DNA of 45,435 bases from an uncultured Ruminococcus sp. (GTDB lineage: Bacteria; Bacillota; Clostridia; Oscillospirales; CAG-272). Position numbers and translations under genes: made by a program. The stretch is taken from the NCBI GenBank assembly GCA_964424525.1, contig CAYRJG010000001.1, forward strand, positions 1-45,435, written 5' to 3'. Positions 17,625 through 24,502 of this stretch are shown piece by piece (positions within the stretch are counted from its first letter, which is position 1; the number at the start of each line of letters is the position of its first letter). The notes beneath the pieces were generated by a model. The model saw only the letters and a list, made by a program, of their open reading frames with translations. It ran no database searches and had not been told where the DNA came from.

Positions 17625-18025
17625 ACGACAAAAACAAAAACGAAAGCTTCCGTTACACATATTCAGCACGGGAGCAGGCAGAACTAAAAAATATAAGAGC
17701 AAAATATATCGCTCAAGAGGAATCACCTCTTGAGCGAATAAGGCGGCTTGACAATAAAGTAACCGAAAAAGCCCAGATCACATCGCTCATTCTTGGTATA
17801 GTCGGCACTTTATTCCTTGGATTCGGTCTTAGCCTTATATTATCGGATTTAAAATATATCTTCGGTGGCAATAACGTTATTTCAATAATAATTGGCTCTA
17901 TACTTGGAATTATAGGTGTAATACCGATTTCTGCGGCATACCCTGCTTATAATTACATATTAAAACGTGAGCGTGAAAAAATTGCACCCGAAATTATAAG
18001 ACTCACCGATGAACTTATGAAATAA
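17621..18025 (+). CDS. Small 2-TM membrane protein, paralogue of 10487..10867
   Basis: ATGA overlap with the upstream gene. It has the shared N-terminal motif and two TM helices. Confidence 0.82.
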   Translation: MNDKNKNESFRYTYSAREQAELKNIRAKYIAQEESPLERIRRLDNKVTEKAQITSLILGIVGTLFLGFGLSLILSDLKYIFGGNNVISIIIGSILGIIGVIPISAAYPAYNYILKREREKIAPEIIRLTDELMK

Positions 18026-18037
18026 GCAACAAAAATA

Positions 18038-18066
18038 TTGCAATTTTAAAAGGATAGGTATATAAT
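18038..18066 (+). promoter_or_regulatory. Promoter candidate for the MocR-like gene
   Basis: TTGCAA (18038-18043), 17-nt spacer, TATAAT (18061-18066). Confidence 0.55.
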
Positions 18067-18116
18067 ATTCTTGAACATATCAAAATCACGATGAATCGAG
18101 GGTTTTATATATCCAG

Positions 18117-19217
18117 ATGAAATATGCAATAAAATCGAATTTGCAAAAGCCTATATATTTACAGCTTTACGAAGCAATAAAGGAAGATATAATACGAGGG
18201 CACTATATTTATGGTGCAAAGCTTCCATCAAAAAGAACATTTGCCGATGACCTTGGAATCAGCACAATCACGGTTGAGCATGCATATTCCCTGCTCTGTG
18301 AGGAGGGGTATACTGAGGCGAGAACACGAAGCGGATATTTTGTAATTTTTCGAAAGGATGACGGCTTTGCAAAATCAAGTACATCTCGGCATCTTCATAT
18401 AAATGAAGTATTCGGAGAATCGGATGACGAACCGCATTTCCCTTTTCCAACACTTGCCAAAACGATGAGATACGTTCTTTCCGAATTTGGTGATAGGATA
18501 CTGGTTCGCTCACCTAATAAAGGGTGCACCGAGCTTTGCGAGGCTATACGCGAATATCTTTTACGCAGTAAGGGAATAAACGCGGAAAGAGAGCAGATCA
18601 TAATCGGTGCCGGTGCCGAATATCTTTACGGTCTTACCGTCAAGCTTTTATCGGCAGAAATCGGTTACGCGATAGAATCACCTTCCTATGAAAAAATCGA
18701 AAAGGTTTATCGCGCTTCCGGGGCAGTACCGTATATGCTACCGCTTTCCGAGTGCGGAATAGAGAGCAATCCTCTTTGGGCTTGCCCTGCACGCGTTCTG
18801 CACATTACACCCTATCGCAGCTATCCCAGCGGAGTAAGCGCAAACGCTTCAAAGAGGCACGAATATCTGCGTTGGGGCGCAAGAGATGGGCACTACATTG
18901 TTGAAGATGATTTCGAATCGGAATTTTCAAAAGCCTGGAAAAACGAGGAAACGCTTTTTTCAAATTCCGATATGGACAATGTAATATATATGAACACATT
19001 TTCAAAAACCATATCCCCTGCACTTCGAGTCGGATATATGATAATTCCAAAACACCTTGTGGAAACTTTTGAAGAAAAGTTGGGTTTCTATTCCTGCACG
19101 GTACCGACATATATTCAACTTATACTTGCCGAGCTTATAACAAGCGGTGAATTTGAACGTCATATAAACAGAGTTCGCAGAGAACGCAGAAAAGTCGATG
19201 CTCAAAGGCAAAAATAA
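18117..19217 (+). CDS. MocR/GabR-type GntR-family regulator (wHTH plus fold-type I aminotransferase domain), apparently C-terminally truncated
   Basis: GntR HTH (LPSKRTFADDLGISTITVEHAYSLL) and PLP-lysine box NTFSKTISPALRVGYM. Only about 60 aa follow the Lys, whereas GabR-type proteins have roughly 160. Confidence 0.8.
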   Translation: MKYAIKSNLQKPIYLQLYEAIKEDIIRGHYIYGAKLPSKRTFADDLGISTITVEHAYSLLCEEGYTEARTRSGYFVIFRKDDGFAKSSTSRHLHINEVFGESDDEPHFPFPTLAKTMRYVLSEFGDRILVRSPNKGCTELCEAIREYLLRSKGINAEREQIIIGAGAEYLYGLTVKLLSAEIGYAIESPSYEKIEKVYRASGAVPYMLPLSECGIESNPLWACPARVLHITPYRSYPSGVSANASKRHEYLRWGARDGHYIVEDDFESEFSKAWKNEETLFSNSDMDNVIYMNTFSKTISPALRVGYMIIPKHLVETFEEKLGFYSCTVPTYIQLILAELITSGEFERHINRVRRERRKVDAQRQK

Positions 19218-19313
19218 CAGTTTTTTCAACTTAGCAATTGAAAAAGAGAAAAAATGTGTTAAAATATACAGAACAAAAATAAAACGGAGTATTGAATAGG
19301 AAAAAGCAATGCT

Positions 19314-19538
19314 GTGCCCGATATATATAATATCGCGCATGCTCATCTTGGAACTCCAAAGAATGAAATATGGGTCTTTGAGGATTCTATAATTGCACTT
19401 GAAACTGCGGTACGCACAGGCTTCCCTACAGTTGGCATCTACAATCCGAATAGCTTTGAACTTGAACGGGTTCGCGAAATTGCAACAATATTTATTGACA
19501 AAGATGAAACAATGCTTACTCTAAAAAGCAGAATTTAA
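19314..19538 (+). pseudogene. Remnant (C-terminal third) of a HAD-family hydrolase gene
   Basis: PDIYNIAHAHLGTPKNEIWVFEDSIIALETAVRTGFPTVGIY corresponds to HAD motifs III-IV only. There is no motif I (DxDGT) and no credible RBS. Confidence 0.65.
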
Positions 19539-19552
19539 TATACCGAAACAAA

Positions 19553-19592
19553 AAGAAGGATTTACAAAAAAACTGTAAATCCTTCTTTTTTA
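19553..19592. terminator. Bidirectional terminator between convergent genes
   Basis: AAGAAGGATTTACA-7 nt-TGTAAATCCTTCTT, flanked by A-run and T-run. Confidence 0.8.
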
Positions 19593-19598
19593 TTTAAA

Positions 19599-20081
19599 CT
19601 ACGAACCTTTTATTTTATGATATATTTTTCCTGCCAAACGGCGCGGCGGAAGATAGCATTTACGGATGATATAACGCAAAGGATAAATAAAATTCCAAAA
19701 TCTCGAATATAGCTTAAAGGAAAATTCCTCTGTTGAATGACGCTTTCCTTTACGGTTATACTCGGAAAGAATACCTATAATATTTTCCTTTGGAATATGC
19801 TCTTTTCGATAGGTATTATCACCGCGAATGATATACTCCTTCTCGCGAATGCCGATTATACGGTGCATAGTGTAATGATTACGCGCACCTGTATAAAGTA
19901 CAACGTCGTATTTGCGCAAAGGACGAGATGGTTTTTTTATATAAACAACATCACGCGAGGTTTTGAAAAGAGGCTTCATGCTTGGACCACGGGTGACCGA
20001 AGCATAAACACCGTACTTTTCCAGCTCGGATTCTATCAGTCCCTCTTGCATAGGGGTGGAAACATTATTGTTTTCTCTCAT
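19599..20081 (-). CDS. S24/S26-family peptidase, SipW/ER-type (Ser-His) signal-peptidase-like
   Basis: Nucleophile box TRGPSMKP. MHRIIG has His where bacterial SPase I has the catalytic Lys. RGDN box. The start overlaps the PqqD stop as ATGA. Confidence 0.85.
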   Translation of the reverse strand: MRENNNVSTPMQEGLIESELEKYGVYASVTRGPSMKPLFKTSRDVVYIKKPSRPLRKYDVVLYTGARNHYTMHRIIGIREKEYIIRGDNTYRKEHIPKENIIGILSEYNRKGKRHSTEEFSFKLYSRFWNFIYPLRYIIRKCYLPPRRLAGKIYHKIKGS

Positions 20082-20347
20082 TCATCCAAAATTCCGTTTG
20101 AGCGAAGCTTTTCTTCAAATGCGATAACATCGGTAGTAACGCGAGCCTCATCCACCTCATATTCGGCAAGAACCGCATCGATAAGCTCTCTGCGAGTCAT
20201 ATTTTTTTCGGAAAGCTTATTCCAAAGGAAAGCACCCGTTCCGTTCATTCTCACCATACCCGAAAAGTCGCCTGCTCTATCTCCGACTGCTACTGCAAGA
20301 TAGTCACCGCCGACCTCTTCGAGAACAAATCCGTCCTTTATCTTCAT
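20078..20347 (-). CDS. PqqD-family (RRE-type) peptide-binding protein
   Basis: MKIKDGFVLEEVGGDYLAV...MNGTGAFLWNKL...ELIDAVLAEYEVD is a typical PqqD fold sequence. GGGGGA lies 5 nt before ATG 20347 (the track's TTG 20365 is rejected). Confidence 0.85.
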   Translation of the reverse strand: MKIKDGFVLEEVGGDYLAVAVGDRAGDFSGMVRMNGTGAFLWNKLSEKNMTRRELIDAVLAEYEVDEARVTTDVIAFEEKLRSNGILDE

Positions 20348-20380
20348 TATTAATTCCCCCTGCAAAATCTCATTTTATAT

Positions 20381-20409
20381 ATTTTAACATATATTGATTT
20401 CTTTTTCAA
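20381..20409 (-). promoter_or_regulatory. Promoter candidate for the PqqD-peptidase pair
   Basis: On the minus strand: TTGAAA, 17-nt spacer, TGtTAAAAT. Confidence 0.55.
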
Positions 20410-20510
20410 GGGGTAGCACGAATTAAAAAAGGCTTTTATATTTCTTTTGTTATTTTAATTTTCGGTGTATAAAATACAGCTTTTATATCTATAATTAAAG
20501 AGCCGCAGAG

Positions 20511-21770
20511 TTAAAAACCGTAATACGGTGCAAAAAGCTCCGATTCTATTTTCATAAGTCGGTTATATTTGGCGGTGCGCTCACTTCTTGCGGGTGCACC
20601 GGTTTTTATAAAATGCGTTCCAAAGCCTACTGCAAGATCTGCTATTATACTGTCCTCGGTTTCTCCGCTTCTATGGCTCATAGCAGTCTTATAACCGAAG
20701 GTTTGGGCAGTCTTGATTGCCTCAGCGGTTTCGGTCAATGTTCCTATCTGATTTGGCTTTATCAGAACCGCATTTGCGATTTTTTCTCGTGCAGCTTCTG
20801 TAATTCTGTCCGCATCTGTAACAAAAAGGTCATCGCCTACAAGGATTGTCTTTTTACCCGAAAAGCGTTCCGACAGGCGAATCCAACCGTGACGATCCAC
20901 ATCAGCCATAGCGTCCTCAACCGAAAGAATCGGATATTCTGCTACTAAAGAATAGGTATAATCAACAAGCTCGTCCGATGTCATATCAACCTCACGCTTA
21001 GGAAGGTGATATCCTTTGCCTGTCCACCATTCGGAAGCCGCCATATCAAGACCGAGCGCAACATCTTCTCCCGCCTTATAACCCGCGTGCTTAATTGCCT
21101 GACAAATGAGGTCGAGCGCATCCTTATCCGAGGAGAGCATCGGAGCAAAGCCACCTTCATCGCCGACCGAGCATCCCAGCCCCAAACCCAAAAGATCTAT
21201 ACGGAGCGCGTGATATATCTCAGAACACATTCTGACTGCTTCCGCAAATGAAACAGCGCCGATTGGAAGTATCATAAACTCCTGAATATCCACATTATTC
21301 CCCGCATGGGCTCCGCCATTCATAATATTCATCATCGGAACGGGCATTCGCGTTAAAAAAGAACCGCCAACGTAACGGTAAAGCGGAACATGAAGCGAGG
21401 AAGCCGCGGCACGTGTCAGAGCTAATGAAACCGAGAGTATAGCATTCGCGCCAAGGCTTGATTTATTATACATACCGTCAAGAGTTATCATTATAGAATC
21501 AGCCTCTTCGATTTCGGTTGCCTTCATTCCAACAAGTGCCGGAGCAATAACATCATTTACAGAGCTTATTGCAGAAAGAACGCCTTTCTTATTATAGCGT
21601 CTAAAATCTCCGTCACGAAGCTCAACAGCTTCATTCTGACCTGTGGATGCGCCTGATGGAACCGATGCCGTTGCTACCGTGCCGTCTGTAAGCGTTACCT
21701 CGGCTTCAACTGTTGGATTCGCTCTTGAATCAAGAATTTCTCTTGCGGTTATTGCTTTTATCTCTACCAT
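20511..21770 (-). CDS. eno: Enolase (phosphopyruvate hydratase)
   Basis: REILDSRANPTVE, SGASTG, DIQEFMI, GDEGGFAP, VGDDLFVT, IKPNQIG, SHRSGETED. Confidence 0.96.
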   Translation of the reverse strand: MVEIKAITAREILDSRANPTVEAEVTLTDGTVATASVPSGASTGQNEAVELRDGDFRRYNKKGVLSAISSVNDVIAPALVGMKATEIEEADSIMITLDGMYNKSSLGANAILSVSLALTRAAASSLHVPLYRYVGGSFLTRMPVPMMNIMNGGAHAGNNVDIQEFMILPIGAVSFAEAVRMCSEIYHALRIDLLGLGLGCSVGDEGGFAPMLSSDKDALDLICQAIKHAGYKAGEDVALGLDMAASEWWTGKGYHLPKREVDMTSDELVDYTYSLVAEYPILSVEDAMADVDRHGWIRLSERFSGKKTILVGDDLFVTDADRITEAAREKIANAVLIKPNQIGTLTETAEAIKTAQTFGYKTAMSHRSGETEDSIIADLAVGFGTHFIKTGAPARSERTAKYNRLMKIESELFAPYYGF

Positions 21771-21921
21771 ATTTTATATCCTGCCATATCTGCGGTATAC
21801 CGCTGAATTTACAGAATTATTTTTCCCATAATGTTGAAAAAAATACCAAAACAAATTCGTCTGTAACAAAAGACATCGAAAATCATAAATTGAAATAAAA
21901 AACTAAAAAAGGAGATGCGAT

Positions 21922-23109
21922 ATGTATATACATACCGTAAGACCGGGCGAAACGCTTTATCATATAGCGAGAAAATACGGAACATCGGCAGTCAAAATTG
22001 CCGAAAATAACGGACTTGGTGACCCAGATAAAATTTCCGTTGGTCAAAAGCTATTAATTTTAACTCCTACGAGAACCTATACGGTAAGAGGCGGAGATAC
22101 TCTTGATGGAATATCCAGACGATTTGGAGTAGGACGCAGAACTATATTACAGTACAATCCTTATCTTGGTGGCAAGGACAGAACCTACCCCGAACAAATG
22201 CTGGCTCTTAAATACGATATGCCAACCCACGGCACAGCTCCTGTAAACGGATATATGTACCGTGGGTGCACAGAGGACAGACTTACCTTCGCCATGCCGT
22301 ATATCAACTATCTTTCGATTGCGGCTTACAAGGCTGAATGCGGACGGATAATGCGTCTTTTTGATGACGTAAAAGCCATAAGACTTGCAAAAGAATGGAA
22401 CAGATTGCCTGTTATGCGTGTTTACGAGCCACGGTGTCTTTCGGATATTCTTTCGGAAAAGGATGCATATATTTCGCGGCTTATAAACCTTGCACAAGGA
22501 CGTGGCTACGCAGGCATAACTCTTGGAGCATATAAAGCGTGCAGTGACGGATGGGAAGATTTCTTGTTTGAACTCAAAAAAAGAATGATAGATAACGGAC
22601 TCTTTCTGTTTTGCGAAATAGACGGTAATGCAAATCAACCACCGGACAACGTATCTGATGCTCAAGTGCTTTTCTATGAAAAATGCCACCTCCAAAACAT
22701 TCCGACCTTCGATGAAGGCGAAAAACATATTTATACCGATTATGCAAGGCGCACGGATGCAGCAAAGACTTTTATAGATTTTTCACCGTTCGCTTACGTA
22801 GGTGATACTCCAATGAGTCACAGAGAAGCAACCGAGCTTGCGTATCGCGCGAAGAGAGAGATAGAATATGACAACGAGAAAAAAATATGCAGTTTTGAAT
22901 ATAACAAATTTTCACCTATGGGAAAAGAGAGATGCGAGATAATTTTCGAATCCCCCGAAAATACAAAAGCCAAACTCGACCTAATAGGTGAGCTTGGCTA
23001 TATGGGAATATGCTTTGATATTATGCGCGCACCAACATCTCAAATAATGATGATGGCAACAAGCTTTGTTCTTGGCGTAGATTATTTGTCATCCTCTGCA
23101 CCGATGTAA
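21922..23109 (+). CDS. Protein with two LysM domains plus a GH18-like domain (YaaH/YdhD-like), catalytic motif apparently absent
   Basis: Two LysM repeats (HTVRPGETLYHIARKYG...; YTVRGGDTLDGISRRFG...). The rest resembles spore-type GH18 proteins, but the DGxDxDxE position reads YAGITLGAY. Confidence 0.85.
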   Translation: MYIHTVRPGETLYHIARKYGTSAVKIAENNGLGDPDKISVGQKLLILTPTRTYTVRGGDTLDGISRRFGVGRRTILQYNPYLGGKDRTYPEQMLALKYDMPTHGTAPVNGYMYRGCTEDRLTFAMPYINYLSIAAYKAECGRIMRLFDDVKAIRLAKEWNRLPVMRVYEPRCLSDILSEKDAYISRLINLAQGRGYAGITLGAYKACSDGWEDFLFELKKRMIDNGLFLFCEIDGNANQPPDNVSDAQVLFYEKCHLQNIPTFDEGEKHIYTDYARRTDAAKTFIDFSPFAYVGDTPMSHREATELAYRAKREIEYDNEKKICSFEYNKFSPMGKERCEIIFESPENTKAKLDLIGELGYMGICFDIMRAPTSQIMMMATSFVLGVDYLSSSAPM

Positions 23110-23714
23110 TCACGCACTCGGAGAGTCACTCCGGCATCCTGCGCGATAGCTTCACATTCGGATATTTCCTTTGCAGTAAGAGAAACTCCGACTACCGAGA
23201 AAATTACCGAAGGAATCTTCCCTTTTGCGCTTTTTGCATAGTCTATCAATGCATAAAACGCCGCTTCATGATGCACAGGGTGGCATATCTCACAATATCT
23301 TTCCGGAGTGGAGGCATTGAGGCTTATAGAAAGAGTATCAACAAGTCCGACAAGAGCGTCGACGCTTCCGCCGCCGTTTATAAGGTCAGAATGACCGTTT
23401 GTGTTTAATCTTATTTTTACCGTGGGATATTTTTCCTTTATTCCACGCGCAACCTCCGAAAGCACCGAAAGGCGCATAGTAGGTTCTCCATAGCCACAAA
23501 AAACTATCTCACGGTAAGAAAGAACATCACGCGAGAGAACCGAGCATAAAACCTCATCTGCCTCGGGCTCGCGAATAAGCCAAAGGGAGTCGGAGCCGTA
23601 TGCTCCTTCTCCGTTTTTTCTTATACAAAAATCGCAATTATTGGTACAACGGTTAGTGAGATTTATATATAGCGAACCGTCTACCTCATAGGTAATACAC
23701 ATACCGCGTTTCAT
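23082..23714 (-). CDS. Radical SAM protein of the TatD-associated type
   Basis: CTNNCDFC (CxxxCxxC) near the N-terminus, about 210 aa, and an ATGA overlap with the upstream tatD stop. Confidence 0.88.
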   Translation of the reverse strand: MKRGMCITYEVDGSLYINLTNRCTNNCDFCIRKNGEGAYGSDSLWLIREPEADEVLCSVLSRDVLSYREIVFCGYGEPTMRLSVLSEVARGIKEKYPTVKIRLNTNGHSDLINGGGSVDALVGLVDTLSISLNASTPERYCEICHPVHHEAAFYALIDYAKSAKGKIPSVIFSVVGVSLTAKEISECEAIAQDAGVTLRVRDYIGAEDDK

Positions 23715-24502
23715 TTTATACCGAAAAATCTCCTTGAATTATCAACAGTTATTTGTGCAGATTCCTCTTCACTGATTCCAAAAACGCCTGCCAAAGCCGC
23801 GTTTGTATAGCAAAGATTAGCCGAATGATTAAGTGTTCCGCGCTTCGGATGAGGTGCAAGATACGGACAATCCGTTTCTATAAGCACCGAATCCCTTGGA
23901 AGTATTGCCGCGACCTCACGGGGACGTCTTGCATTAGTAAAAGTAAGAGTTCCGGAAAAGGATATGATATATCCAAGTGAAATCAGCTCACGCGCTTGCT
24001 CTATTCCACCCGAATAGCTGTGAAATACACCGCGAACACCTTTATGCCGACGCACAGCATCCATAATATCGGCATGGGAATCTCTGTCATGAATAACAAC
24101 GGGAATATCAAGTGAGCGCGCAAGTTCAAGCTGTGCATCAAGATATCTCATCTGTAAAGCCCTATCGGTATCGGGATAATGATAATCAAGTCCTATCTCT
24201 CCGAGAGCTACACATTTATTTTCGGGGTTCTTGATTAAAGATTCAGTATCTGCGAGTACATCTTCAATAGATTGCTCAAGATACTGTGCATCGCTCGGAT
24301 GAATTCCGATTGCGGTATACATATTTTTATGTTTTTTTGCCTGCTCGATTGCCAATCGGTTTGTTTTAGGGGAGGTTCCGACATTTATAATATGAGATAT
24401 CTCCGACGACAAGAGAGCGCCGATAAGCTGATCGACGCTCCCTTCATATTCGGAAATGAATCTCTCGTCGTAATAATGAGCGTGAGAATCAAAATATTTC
24501 AT
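23711..24502 (-). CDS. tatD: TatD-family metal-dependent hydrolase/DNase
   Basis: FDSHAHY, GEIGLDYH, VIHDRD, FSG...E.DCPYL. Confidence 0.93.
   Translation of the reverse strand: MKYFDSHAHYYDERFISEYEGSVDQLIGALLSSEISHIINVGTSPKTNRLAIEQAKKHKNMYTAIGIHPSDAQYLEQSIEDVLADTESLIKNPENKCVALGEIGLDYHYPDTDRALQMRYLDAQLELARSLDIPVVIHDRDSHADIMDAVRRHKGVRGVFHSYSGGIEQARELISLGYIISFSGTLTFTNARRPREVAAILPRDSVLIETDCPYLAPHPKRGTLNHSANLCYTNAALAGVFGISEEESAQITVDNSRRFFGIK

Noticed and set aside
20511-21770. Enolase as an aberrant paralogue because it is slightly short (419 aa) and sits next to the PqqD-peptidase pair
   Set aside because: All catalytic and metal-binding boxes I know are intact, and it has a separate promoter region. 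I see no evidence of a functional link.
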